A DNA stretch of 62,782 bases, taken from Negaprion brevirostris (taxonomy: Eukaryota). Where the stretch lies: assembly GCA_030324005.1 (NCBI GenBank), contig JARDVH010000099.1, forward strand, positions 63,157,418-63,220,199. Reading direction: 5' to 3'. Shown here one piece after another: positions 13,815 to 26,941 of this stretch. Below the pieces are notes generated by a model. The model worked only from the letters and a program-made list of their open reading frames with translations. It was not told the DNA's origin and did not search any database. Within the stretch, counting starts at the first letter, position 1. Every line of letters begins with the position of its first letter. The translations under genes were made by a program, and so were the position numbers.

Positions 13815-13856
13815 CTGGTGAAATTGGTTGTTCTTCTGTTGTTTAGAGGTCACCAT
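13815..13856 (-). CDS. Candidate first coding exon MVTSKQQKNNQFHQ (phase 0)
   Basis: Good Kozak context (gtcATGG), 14 open codons, donor CAG|GTAAGG. Peptide not recognised. Confidence 0.3.
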
Positions 13857-14677
13857 GACAGCATTGAGTGCATTTGATCAGTCACGTGATAGCTTTTCAT
13901 GTCAATGATTTTAAGTTATCGATCATGCAGCCCAAAGAAAATAACTAGGCTACATTTTCAGGAGAGTTACAGGGTTACTCTCTGCATTGTATATGTTATT
14001 ATACTATCTTTTCTTACGCTGTCAAAGGTTATGTGGAGAGACAAGCAGGAAAAAGGCATACAAAACACCAGCAGAAAGAAAATGAATGATGAGGTCAAGA
14101 AAAAAAATTCAGCACAGCCTTACACACATACTGGTTACATCAATATTTCTTGTCTGGATGCAGATCCAATCAAAAACAAATTAGGCTTGGAAAGATATCA
14201 AGAGCAATCAAAATGTAATTCTTTTACACATACCTCGTTTTCTACACGAGGCTCCATTCTGCATTATTAAACAGCAATCATAAGGTAGGTTTCACAACAT
14301 AAGTGAGTTTCTCTAATCTCAATAGATAAATAGAGCGTTAGGGAAGTACTTCAGTATACAAGGATAACAACGTGACAGAAAAACAGGCTTCAGTGGTTCT
14401 TGAGGTTGGCTGCAGGGGGATGGGGAAGAAAGTGGGAGAAATTTAATAGGCAGAGAAAAACAAAAATTGGTGCATTCTCTCCGAAGATTAGACATATAAA
14501 ATACTGTGACTAGGATTGCTAACAGAAGCAGTTGCTCAGAAATCTGAAAAGACCTAATATGCAACCCATTCCGTACTTTCCCACCAAAGCAGGACCTCAA
14601 AAAATTAATTTAAACTCTGAGTGCCCCTCTCCACTGAAATCTTGAGTAAAAGATGAAAGAATTATATGATCTGAAGA

Positions 14678-14945
14678 GAACATAAGAACATAAGAAATAG
14701 GAGCAGGAGTAGGCCATCCAGCCCTTCGAGCCTGCCCCGCCATTCAATAAGANNNNNNNNNNNNNNNNNNNNNNNNNNNNNNNNNNNNNNNNNNNNNNNN
14801 NNNNNNNNNNNNNNNNNNNNNNNNNNNNNNNNNNNNNNNNNNNNNNNNNNNNAGCCTAGTAAACCTCCTCTGCACTCCCTCCAAGGCCAAAATATCCTTG
14901 CGTAAGTGCGGCGACCAAAACTGCACACACTACTCAGAAACCGGA
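14678..14945 (-). mobile_element. CR1 LINE 3' part spanning a gap
   Basis: QFWSPHLRKDILALEGVQRRFTR and (TTCTTATG)n tail. Confidence 0.9.
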
Positions 14946-15064
14946 GTGTACTCCAGTTACTGTATATTTTGGGGATTCACATTTCTTCTTTGTGGTGCAA
15001 CATTTCTCATTGTTGCCATTCTTGGGCAATGACTGAGGAATTCGTATCAATTATCATCCACACT

Positions 15065-16870
15065 ATCACAGAACTGTTACAGCGCAGAAGGCAGTCCAAT
15101 TGGCCCATCGTGTCCAGATGAGCATCATGACAGTGTCATTCCCCTGCCTTTTCCCTGTAACCCTGCACATTGTTTCTATTCACGTAATCATCCAATGCCC
15201 TCTTATATGCCTCAATTGAACATACCTCTCCCACACTTCCAGGCAATGCTCTCCAAACTCAAACCATTCTTTGTGTGGAAAGGTCTTTTTCTCAGATCAC
15301 ATTTACTTTGCTCACAAATCACTTTAAATCTGTGCCCTTACGCTCTTGATCCTTTCACAAGTGGGGACAGTTTCTCTCTATCCCTCAGGATTTTGAACAT
15401 CTCTATCAAATCTGCTCTTGACTGTCCGAGAACACGCCCAACCTCTCCAAAGTATCCTCATTACTGTTTCTCAGCCCTGGAAACATTCTTGTAAACATCT
15501 TCTGCACTCTCTCCAATGTGTTCACATCTTTCCTATAGCGTGGTGCTCAGAACTGCACACAATACTCCATCTGAGGTCTAACTAATGTCTTGTTTAATTT
15601 CTGCATAACCTCCTTGCTCTTGTACTCTATGTCCCTATTAATAAAGCCCAGAATACTATATTAACTGCTCTCCCCAACCTGTCCTACCATCTTCAAAGAT
15701 CTATGCACATATACACTCAGATCCTTCCGCTCCTGTACTCCCTTTATAATTGTACCCCTCATTTTATATTGTTTCTGTGTTCTTCGTACTAAAATGCATC
15801 GAACTTCATCTACCACCTATCTGCCCATTCCACCAATCTGTCTGTGTCATTCCAAGTATTATGTCATTCACAGACTTTGAAACTGTCTCATGCACACCAA
15901 GATTTAGATCATTACTATATAGGTGGATCATTAATATAGGGGCAGCACAGTGGTCAGTACTGCTGCCTCACAGGGTCAGGGACCTGGGTTTGATTCTAGT
16001 CTTAGGTGACTGTGTGGAGTCTGCATGTTCTCCCTGTGTCTGTGAGGGTTTCCTCCAGCTGCTCCAGTTTCCTCCCACACTCTCAGCAATGTACAGTTTA
16101 GGTTGATTGGCCATGCTAAATTGCCCCTTAGTGTCAGGGAAACTAGCAAGATAAATGCATGGGTTGCAGGATAGGGCCTGGATAGAATTGTTGTCGGTAC
16201 AAGTTTGATGGGCCGATTGGCCTCCTTCGGCACTGTAGGGATTCTATGATTAGGAAAAGCCAGGGTCCCAAAAACCAACTCATGGGGAACACACTACATT
16301 TTTTCGTCCAGCCCAAAAAAGGTCCATTGACCACTACTCCCTACTTCCTAACATTCGGTCAATTTTGTAACCACATTGCTAATGTCTCTTTTATTCCATG
16401 CATAATATCCTTTCTTTCAAGTTTGTTATGTGGCACTGTATTGAATGCCCTTTGAAAATCCATATACACCATATCAATATCAGTACACTCATCTTTTTGC
16501 TACCTCTCCAAAAAATTCCAGCAAGTTAGTTCAGCACAATTCCCAATTTAGTAATCCATGCCGGCTCTTCCAAATCATGAGATACAACTTTTCTCAGTAG
16601 TCTGTTGTGAGACATTGTATTGAGCTCCTTCTGAAAGTCCATGTGCACCACATTAACAGCATTACCTTCATCGACCCTTTCTTACCTTCTCAAAAAACCC
16701 TATCAAATGGTTGAATACAAATCCAATCTTTCAAAATCCATGCCGGCTCTTCCTGATCAATCCACATTGTTCCATGTGACTACTAATTTTGTCCCAGAAG
16801 CTTTACACCACTGATGTTAAACTGGCTTGTAGTTGCTGCACTATCATTTCAACCCTTTTTCAAAAACATT
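15065..16870 (-). mobile_element. Decayed CR1 LINE(s) interrupted by an HE1 SINE
   Basis: CR1-like RT and 3' sequence; host rejoins around 15939-16250 (atcattaatatag...taggaaaagc). Confidence 0.75.
15939..16250 (+). mobile_element. HE1-type V-SINE
   Basis: tRNA head gggcagcacagtgg...gggtttgattc, V-domain gtggagtctgcatgttctccc, CR1-derived tail actgtagggattctatg. Confidence 0.9.
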
Positions 16871-17964
16871 GTTGAGACTATCATTACAAGCTTTTCTGAA
16901 TAATTATATGGCTTATATATAACAGGAGAGCCTCAGCAGGACAACCCTCTTCTATCCAAAGAACCCTGCTCCAGTTCCACAAGTACTCTAAAACATCCTC
17001 TCTTCCCATCAAAGCATATGGAAGTAATAAGAATCACAGAACATGTAATAACTTATAATGTATAATGTAATCTCCAATATTTTATAAGCTCAACAAATGA
17101 ATTTCTGTGACAAATTTAGTTTAGACTCATAGATTGAGGAAGTTATTTTAATGCACTGCTGTAAATGGCAATCTGTATATATTTTTCATGCTGCATATCT
17201 ATTAAAGTCATTGCACATAATACTCCACCTTCAGGGGAATATAGCCAGCGCACATCAATAAACCTTTTCCTGCTTTTTTTTCTCATCAAGATGTTGGTAC
17301 TAAGGAAGAGAACAATTCCTCATTTCAAGTACCCAGTGTCAGTAACAAGCACTTTCAGCTCAAATATAGTGCCCCAGCATGCTTCCGCAGTGATGCTAGT
17401 AAAACAATCCCTAATGCACAGTGTGTGACATTTTTGCATTTCCCATTCCACCAAGGTGGCCAAATTAGAACTGGATTACCACATAAAAAATAAAGCTAAA
17501 ATTTGATAGAAATGACAGAAAATGTTGGAAAAAGTATACCACATGAGTCAATGTCTGTTATAGGTCATCATTCCAGACACATACTCCTTGTCTGAACTGC
17601 TATAACCTGTAAGCTATCTTTTATATTTGGGGAAACTTGGAGCTGGAAATTAAATTGAGACAAGCCAAATTTGATGGGTACAAATTAGCAACTGTGGGTT
17701 GTTGTAAAAACCCAACTGGTTCACTGGCATCCTTAAAATAAGGGAACCTGCCATGCCTACATCTGGCTTAGACTGCTCTCAGGAGCAATAAGTACAGTTT
17801 TGCCTAAATTCAAATAAACAACTTTTAAAAATTAAAACCTGGGTCAGAAAATAAATAGTCCTTCCTTCAGTCTAGACCAAATTTACATCTAAAATCCAGA
17901 GATAACGACAATGTAAACTCATAAGTTTTAATTGCCTTCAAAACATTGGAAGAAAATAGCCTCA

Positions 17965-19150
17965 GTACTTTATAGGAACAGGAGTAGGTCGGTTAGCCCA
18001 TTAAGTCTGTTCTGCTTTTCAATGAGATCATGGCTGATCTTCAACCTAATGCTACATACCTGCTTTCATCCCATATTTCTTCATACCTTTGGTGAACAAA
18101 ACTTATTACCTCAGATTTAAAATTAATAATTGATCTAACTACTTGTAGAAGTGGATTCCAAACTTCCGTCACCCTTTGCATGCATAAAAATGTTTCCTAT
18201 ATTCAATCTCAAGACACCTAACTCATGACCATTAAGCAGTATCCCCTATTCTTACACTGCCCAATTATTGGAAGTAGTTTCTATCTGTCCTATCAGTTCT
18301 CCTAACTAGAAAGAGCTCTTGGGCTAAAGGGGTCAAGGGATGGGGGGAAGAGATCAGGATATTGAATTCAATGATCAGCCATGATCAAAATGAGCGGTGC
18401 AGCAGGTTCAAAGGGCCAAATGGCCTACTCCTACTTCTATGTTTTTCTTAATATCTTTAAAAAATTTGATCAAGTTACCCTTTAACCTTTGAACATCCAG
18501 GAACTACAACACCAGTTAGTGAAATTTCTCCGTGTAACTTAACCCTTGGAGTCCAGATATCCTTCTGGTAAATCTACACAACATTCCCTCTCAAGTCAAT
18601 ATATCCTTTCTAGGATTTAGGTATGAGGAGAAGTTGGATAAATTCGGATTATTTTCACTGGAAAGATGGAGGCTGAGGGGTGACCTGATAGAAGTCTACA
18701 AAATTATGAGAGGCATAGATAGAGTGGATAGTCAGAGACCAGGATGGAAAGATTAACTACAAAAGGGTTCAAGGTGAGGAGGGAAAGTTTAGAGGTGACA
18801 AGTTTTTCCCAGAGGGTGGTGGATGCTTGGAACACATTGCCAGTAGAGGTGGTGGAAGCAGGCACATTAACAATGTTCAAAGCATACCTTGATAGACACA
18901 TGAATTGGAGAGAAACAGAGGAATATAACCATGTATGGACGCAGTAGTGGGTCTAAATGAGAATTATGAATCAGCACAGGCTTGATGGGCCAAACGGCCT
19001 GTTCCTGTGCTGTATAATCTTTGTTCTTTAAGGTACTGTGCCCAGAACTGCTCACAATACTTCAGGGTATCAGAAATTTATATAGCAAAAGAATAATTTC
19101 TACCCCCTTGTTTTCTAGTCAATTCATACAAAACCTCATTCCATAATTCG
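17965..19150. mobile_element. Nested CR1 cluster: minus-strand host with two plus-strand CR1 3' fragments (~18310-18447, ~18613-19030)
   Basis: FSQRVVDAWNTLPVEVVEAGTL motif on +; host resumes after each insert. Confidence 0.75.
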
Positions 19151-19634
19151 TGCTGATTATTTCTGTTACCTGTCCACTTTAACCCTCCAGTTTTATTGTT
19201 CAGACCAGATTCCCATTCTTTCTTCTTTCCAAATGCACCACTTCACAATTATTTACATTTTACTAGCCTACCTACATGCTTCTTCATTCTCTCACCTTCC
19301 TGCCTAGTTTATCATGACCCTATTTGGGTACAGACATCAAATTTTGATGTTTCTCTATACTCATTCATAATATTATTTTAATTAATTCTTATCACTACCA
19401 ATCTGAGAGGCTTGTTGGCCCCAAACAGATGGGCAAGTAAGAACCAGGCATGCTGGACTGCAACCATAACCACATTTAGACTAGGTCAGGTAAAGAATGC
19501 AGGTTTTCCTTCCCAAAAGGAAACTAGAAAATGAGCTGTATATTTACAACAATTTTACGGCAAATGGAGAACAAGATCAGTTCCAATGTGGATCCCTAGA
19601 GCGAGCCAGATCTTGCTAGCTAAATGAAACATTT

Positions 19635-20380
19635 TTTAAAAATTAATTCAAGGAACGAGGGTTTCACTGACTCACCCAGCATTTATTACCTACCCCTAAC
19701 TCGAGAAGGTGGTGGTGGTGTGCTGAGCTGCCTTCTTGAACCACTGCAGTTCATTTGGTATAGGTACACCCACAAGACTGTAATGATGTCAGGAGCTGAG
19801 CGGCTGCAGCAAATCCCAAAATGAGAGTCAGTGAGCAGGTTATTGCTTAAGTGCCAGTTAACAACACTGTTGATGACCCCATCCATCACTTGACTGATGA
19901 TCGAGAATAACTGATGGGCGGTAATCAGCCAGGTTAGATTTATCCTGCTTCTTATGTACAGAACATAACCTGAGCAATTTTCCATATTGCTGGGTAGATG
20001 CCAGTGTTGTAGCTGTACTGGAACAGGTTGGTTGGGTGGGTGGGGGCAAGTTCTGGTACACCAGTCTTCAGGTTTAGCATCAGAATATTGTCAGAATCCA
20101 TGGACTTTGCAGTATCAACTGCCTTCAGCCATTTCTTGATATCACATGGAGTGGCTGAAGATTGGCATCTGTGATGCTGAGATCCTCTAGGGGAGGTGGG
20201 ATACATCATCCACTTGGCACTTCTGGCTGAGGATTGTAGGCAAATTCTTCAGCCATATCTTTCACACTGATGTGCTGGCTTCACTTGAGGAAGGAGATAT
20301 TTGTGGAACCTGTTCCTCCAGTGAGCTGTTTCATTGTCCACCACCATTCACAGCTGGATGTGGCACAATTGCAGAGCTAC
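19635..20380 (-). mobile_element. CR1-type LINE fragment, internally deleted
   Basis: LFQYSYNTGIYPAIWKIAQV and HKKQDKSNLADYRP motifs. Confidence 0.8.
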
Positions 20381-21279
20381 TCGAATAATAAATAAAGACC
20401 CGGTACTTTCACATTTCTGTCCACAGGAGTCCTTACCTGTTATAATCTCACCAGTAGCTTTTTTAAAAAAATGTGGATGAAATTTCACACACCACTTATT
20501 TACTAAGAGAATGAAGTTACAAAGTTCCATAATTTCAGAGTTATTATACAAGGCTCAACAAATCAGACACTAAGACCATCTATCCTATTCTCTAACATCC
20601 AGAATTAACATGCATTAACCATGAGTTAACAGGCTGATTGTAGTTAACTATAATCTATAAATTCAACATTCAAGGGCAAATAGAACCAAAAAAAAAACTT
20701 ACAAATTGGTTCAGCAGTCCACTCAGATTTGTTGTCACAGTGAGTCACAAAGTCCTTTACATTCTTTCATGAAGATTTTCAAAACCTCTTTCAGTCTGAT
20801 GCTCAGCTGACAGCAGTGCACAACCAACTGGAGTTTCATGAGCACAAATGACTACAATCACCAGAAATGGTGTGCACTTGCAGAGCTGCTCAACTTCGCA
20901 TGGATAGCACTGATTCACCACTGTTATCGTCAAGCAACAGAAAGTTGCAGTAGTTCATTTTCTTTTGCTTCTCAGCTTCTGGAACTAGCCCCTTATCCTT
21001 GAGCCTTCTTCAGCTTGTGCGTTCTGTTCCAGCCGACTCAACAACTGCTACTATACAGCTTGGACTGATCCTTTTAGATCTTTCCCCAACATTTTCCCAA
21101 CCTCAGCTGGTTTTTGGTTTCCTTAGAAACTGGGAAAGTTGAGCATCATTTCTAGATTTACCTTTTCTGCTTTCCTTATAACTTCATTTTCAGTCCAGAT
21201 TCCACTTTGCAATAGGGTCTGCCTCAAAAATTTACAAATTCACTTAAAAACAGAGATTTCCTCACACTTGCAAGGAACA

Positions 21280-21485
21280 GATTGGGGTCTCAGTGACGTA
21301 TTTGTATAGGTAAGTTTAATAAAGACTTTGGACAGCAACAGATGTAACAAAACAAGATTAGCTCAAACAGAAAGGAGGAGGTGTGCCCACAAATGGTGCA
21401 GACATGAGCGGCTTTATTGACTCACGTGCGTGCACGCACACATGGCGCACACACACAGGTGCTTTGAGTAAGATTAGCATGTGAC
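21280..21485. promoter_or_regulatory. Candidate promoter/enhancer motif cluster
   Basis: CCAAT (minus, 21281-21285), TGACGT 21294-21299, TGACTCA 21418-21424 overlapping CACGTG 21423-21428, palindrome GCGTGCACGC 21428-21437; locally retained CpGs. Confidence 0.4.
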
Positions 21486-21522
21486 ATACATTACATACTT
21501 CAGGGGTTTTTCAAAGACTAAA

Positions 21523-22227
21523 TATTGAGTTGAACTTTAGCTAATACAAAGACTCACGACACCAAATCCTAGTGAAAGGTGTTTCTTTATTGACCAACAG
21601 GTACTGGAAGAGAACTGCTGAGCAGTCCAGTCTTCTCTGAAGTTACATCACATCGGCGATATAATTACACAATTTGAAAAAGTTATTTTACAGGCCCAAT
21701 GGTTCATCCAAGTTGGAACTGAACCAGTCGTCATTAGCACAAGTCAGTCATCATTAGTAAACATCATATTCCTTGGCTAATCACAGATATTCTCTGAAAG
21801 CATGGGAACAATAAATTCCAGTGGTTTCTGCCTGACTTTTCCATGGCCACCTGGCCTAATCTCTTATCTGGTCATATGTTTGGCCTATTCATTAGCTGCC
21901 CGGTGTCCTTGTTTGATGAATGTCGCATTCACTGAGCTGTTTTGTACTCACGCTGATAAAAGTTATGCTACTGCAAGTGTATTGCCTATTTTCCCATGAT
22001 GCCTTAGAACCCTGTGCCATTAGTCAAGCTGTATGCTTCTTCAATAACATGCTTTTCAAAAATACATGTTTAACCTCTTTAACTGTGTTATATGTGTTTT
22101 TATGTAGACAGTATCTCTATAAAATATGTATAAGGCAGTCTGTGATTCATATCCTAAGCTAATCCACTCTGTTTCCATAGTCTTTATTAGTGCTTTAAAT
22201 CCCAGAGTGTTTTGAAGTCCTCTAACA
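21523..22227 (-). mobile_element. Solo LTR, related to 29993-30881
   Basis: Minus strand begins tgttagaggacttcaaaacactctgggatttaaagcactaataaa, homologous to tgttagggaaatttcaaataatcagagatttaagacactgataaa; both end caata with an AATAAA near the 3' end. Confidence 0.7.
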
Positions 22228-22969
22228 ATATATTAGCATGTGTAGAATTCGATGATCAGCCATGATCAAAATGAATGGCAGAGCACGCTTGAAGGGCCGA
22301 ATGGCTAATTCCACTTCTAGTTTCTATGTGACTGCTAGGTCCAGGTGCCTTGACAAGTGCTCTTGGGTATTCCCTTCAGTTTAGGAGAATAGAAACAAGA
22401 ATTGTGCCTCTTAATAGTAAATGATCGCCAAAGATGGGTGCTCAAATATTTTTGTAAATAGACAGAGAAGCAGCCCAATTGGACATCTGCTTAGTCCTTG
22501 CAATCAAGTTTGAAATATTTTAATGTTTTACCTTATCACACCAAGATCCACAAAACAAATTCTATTAGCGTTTTGAGGGCCACATTTGATGACAAGAATA
22601 TTACCAAAGTAATTATGGCTCTCATTAAAATTTTTTGTTTATAAAACCTTCTTACATAAATATACTTCAAACATGCAATAAAGAGCTAGTAAAGTATCCA
22701 AAACAAACCAAAACAAATCAAAAAAAGTAATCACCATAATAATAATAATAAAAACATGTTCTTCCACATTAAATTTAACTTATTATTAAGGAGAGTGGTC
22801 AATGAAACCAAAGATTGAGGTCAACTCTTAAATGCACTTTAGGATGGTCCTAATAATGGCGATGCACAGAAGGAATAAAAATCCCTCATTGTGTGGTAAC
22901 GATACATCTATTTCCCTCATCGAGGCAAACTACAAAATCCTCACAAAATCATTTTGGATAATAAATGAA

Positions 22970-23522
22970 TTTCATAGAATCCTACAGTGCAGAAGGAGGC
23001 CATTCAGCCCATCAAGTCTGCACCAACCAAAATCCCACCCAGGCCCTATTCCCATAACCCCACATATTTACACTGCGACGGTCAATTTAACATGGCTAAT
23101 CAACCTAACCCGCACATCTTTGGACTGTGGGAGGAAACCNNNNNNNNNNNNNNNNNNNNNNNNNNNNNNNNNNNNNNNNNNNNNNNNNNNNNNNNNNNNN
23201 NNNNNNNNNNNNNNNNNNNNNNNNNNNNNNNNNNNNNNNGTCTGCACCGACCACAATCCCACCCAGGCCCTACCCCCAATCCATACATATTTTACCCACT
23301 AATCCTCTCTAACCTAAGCATCTATGATCAATTTAACATGGCTAATCAACCTAACCCGCACATCTTTGGACTGTGGGAGGAAACCGGAGCACCCGGAGGA
23401 AACCCACGGAGACACAGGGAGAATGTACAAACTCCACACAGACAGTGACCCGAGGCCACAATTGAAACTGGGTCCCTGTCACTGTGAGGCAACGGTGCTA
23501 ACCACTATCCCACCGTGCCGCC
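22970..23522 (-). mobile_element. HE1 SINE(s): two overlapping partial copies either side of a gap
   Basis: Tail catagaatcctacagtgcag, V-domain and tRNA head in reverse; aatcaacctaacccgcacatctttggactgtgggagg occurs on both sides of the gap. Confidence 0.85.
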
Positions 23523-24319
23523 TCAATCAACATTGTTTGATCAATCAACACTGAGTTAGGTCTTTGTGTGTTGCAAATGCTTTCACATTGGGCCTTAAAT
23601 GGCATCATGTTTACACAATAAACTTGCTCGTGATTTTTATAGGTCTTAGAAATTAATTTAGATGTCATTCTCAACTCTGGAGTTGGCATGGTTCTTGGCA
23701 AAGAAATGTTTATCCACTCTGAAGATCTAATACACCCTCCAGGTTAGGCACCCATTTTATAGGTCAAATTCAAATATCACATGTATAGTGACACAAATAC
23801 AATACCCAGATTTCACTGCCACCAAGACCATTCAGAACCTGAAGTGTGCAATACTGTTATACCACTACATTCAACTGGGTACATAGAATATATGAATGGT
23901 ACAAAATATGTATCTGCACCAACCTATGTAACTATTTTTCCTTCACTGAATGAGCGCACATGCCACCTGTAGCTTTGATTATTCAGCTCCCTAGGAGTCC
24001 AGGATATGCACCAAAATTTTATAAAACATAAATATGTGTCAGACGACTGGTAGTACAAGAGAATATAATTTGAGCAGGGATTACTTTGTAAGTGTTTAAG
24101 GTTAGTTTGCTAATGTCGGACATCCTAACCAAACTGATTGCCTATCCACAAACTTGCTGTGGCTTTCATGTTTCCAGATGAAGAACTCAAGAATTGAGTT
24201 TGTAAGTGATTAACCCTACCATCAAAAATTGATGCTGTGGTAATGCGATTAATGGTTTCCTCTTGGTTTAGTTTAATTTAAATTATGTGAATAATGAAGC
24301 TGTTAGCCACAGAGTCCAT

Positions 24320-25886
24320 GTCCTAATATGCTAGTGATGTGATATGTCTCTGCAACTTCGAGGTGGCAGTATAACAGTGGGAGCTCGGGGCAAGTGGCAG
24401 CACAGCTTTGAGGATTTGGAATGAGATATTTAATACCTCAGCACTGGATTGAATTAAGTATTGACAAAAGTTTGATTCCTGCAGGTTATGTAAAATAAAT
24501 TTAAGGAACATCTGATGGCATGGATTGAGAATTGGTTAGCAGGTAGGAAACAACAAGTAGAAATAAATAGATCCTTTTGGGAGTGGCAGGCAGTGACTAG
24601 TGGGATACAGGAATCAGCGTTTGAGCCCCTGCTATCCACAATATGTACACATCAACGATTTGGATGAGGGAACCAAATATATTTCCAAGTTTGCTGAAGA
24701 CACAAAATGAAGTGGGAAAGTGAGTGGTGAGGATGTAAAGTGGCTTCAAGGCAATTTCGACAAATTAAGTGAGTGGGCAAATGCTTGGCAGTTGCAGTAT
24801 CGTGTGGGTAAGTGTGAAGTTATCCACTTCGGTAGGAAAAACAGAATATTATTTAAATAGTGATAGGTTTTGAAATGTTGATACATGAAGGGACCTAGAT
24901 GACCATGTACACCAGTCACTGAAAGTCAGTACAGTATATGATTTGAAAAGGAGATCATAGGCTGGTCTTCCCTGCAAAAAGATTTGAGTACCGGAGCAAG
25001 AATGTCTCACTGCAGCTGTTCAGCGCTTTGATGAGACCACACCAGGGAGTATTATGTGCAGCTTTGGTCTCCTTATATAACGCACAGAGGGAGTGCAGCA
25101 AAAGTTCACCACATTGAAACTTGGGATGGTAGGACTGTTGTCTGAGGAAAGGTTGTGTCAACTAGGCGTATAGTCATTCAAGTTTAGAAGAATGATAAGT
25201 ATTGAGAAGTATAAAATTCTGACTGGACAGACTGGGGATAGAGATGATGTTCCTTCTGGTTGGGGATTCTAGAACAAGGGATCACACTCTCACAATACAC
25301 AGTAGACCACTTAGAACTGAGATGAGGAGTGGCGGGGTGCCGCAGTGGTTAGTACTGCTCCCTCACAGCACCAGAGACCCAGGTTCAATTCCAGCTTTGG
25401 GTAATGTCTATGCAGAGTTTCCACATTCTCCCTAAGTCTGCAAGTGTTGCCTCCAAGTGCTCTGGTTGCCTCCCAGAGTCCAAAGATGTTCTGCAACAGA
25501 AAATGGTCATACTAAATTGGCCCTTAGTGTAAGTCAGGGAGATTAGCAGGGTGAATGTGTCGGCTTACAGGGGTAGGGCATGGTGTGAGCCTGAATAGGA
25601 TGCTTTCAGAGAGTCGGTGCAAACTTGATGGGTCAAACAGTCTACATCTACACTGAAGGGATTCTATGAAACTTCTTCATTAGAGAGGATGGTGGACCTG
25701 TGGAATTCTCCACCGCAGAAGGCTATAAAGGCCAAGTCACTGACTATACTTAAGAATGGAAGAATCCCAGATCAATCAAGGGCATGAGGAGACAACAGGA
25801 GTATGGTATTGAACTCATATTGAATAGCAGATCAGATTCAAGAGACTGAATGATCTGCCCCTGCTCCTATTTTCTATGTTTCTATG
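24320..25886 (+). mobile_element. CR1 LINE (RT to 3' tail) interrupted by an HE1 SINE
   Basis: ISKFAEDTK motif at ~24680 and tail tttctatgtttctatg. Confidence 0.85.
25329..25667 (+). mobile_element. HE1-type V-SINE nested in CR1
   Basis: tRNA head, V-domain and ggattctatg tail; host gagatgagga|gaaacttcttc rejoins. Confidence 0.85.
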
Positions 25887-25889
25887 ATC

Positions 25890-26636
25890 AAAATAGAAAC
25901 ATGAATTTGAGGATGCATACCTTTATACTAACTCTGCTAGCATGTGGCAAGAACAATACAGTAACAAGTGTTTGTGATCCCCTTTCATAGGTACATAAGT
26001 CATTGAAGGTGTCAGGGTAGGTTGCAAGAGCAGTTAGTAAGACAGATGGAATCCTGGGCTTTATATACAGGCACACAAGGATCAAAAGCCAAGACATTAT
26101 AATGAATCTTTATACAACTTTGTTTTGGACTCAACTGGAGTATTGTGTGCAAATTCTCGGCATTCCACTTTAAGAAAGCTGTGGTAACTTTAAAAAAGGA
26201 TGGTTCCAGGGATGAGATCTTATATGCATAGACTGGAGGAGCTGGGGTGTTCTCCTTAGCTAAGGTTGAGAGGAGATTTGGTGGAAATGTTCAAAATTAT
26301 GATGGGTCCCGATGGGTTAGGCAGAGAGAGAAACATTCCTCATTGGCAGGAGGATCAAGAGCCTGACAGTGCTGATTTAAGGAAACTGGCAAAAGAACCA
26401 ATGGGGATATGCAACCATAACAATAGTTAGGATCTGAGATGCATTGCCTGAAGCAGAAACAATTGGGCCTTTCAAAAGGAAATTAAGTAATGGCATGAAA
26501 AGAAAATAATTGTGGGGCTGTGATAAGGGGAAGAAAGGGAAAGGGAGAGCGGGATGGATAGTTGAGTTGCTCTTGCAGAGAACTGACATATCACAAAAGG
26601 GCAATCGGCCTCCTCCTCTGTTGTAACCATTCTATA
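25890..26636 (+). mobile_element. Older CR1 LINE 3' part
   Basis: QLEYCVQ-like motif at ~26130 and tail tgtaaccattcta. Confidence 0.75.
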
Positions 26637-26699
26637 AGTCAAGTTTTTAAAATATTGCTAGGAAAAATGTATTTGCTCCACATTTAGCCTTCAATGCAA

Positions 26700-26941
26700 T
26701 TAGCCAGAATTGCACAAACCTCTAACACTCCTCCCTATCACTCCCACCATATTGTATTTCACAACTATAGCAGGCAGTCAACAGCTGGAAATTGCTGGAG
26801 GAGGAGTGCAACAGATCAAGATCCACCAATATTAGCTTCAATAAACATCAAAGCAACAATTGTTCAAAAGATTCAAAATTGCAACAGAGTGTACCTTGTT
26901 CAGATTCTTGGTCCATACACAACCTTTAGAAGGAGGAAACG
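26700..26941 (+). other. Candidate non-coding exon
   Basis: About 240 nt of non-repeat sequence with no ATG seen, ending at ACG|GTAAGT. 5' boundary undefined. Confidence 0.25.

Noticed and set aside
15939-16010. tRNA-like sequences here and at other SINE heads
   Set aside because: They are SINE promoter heads, not complete cloverleaf tRNA genes.
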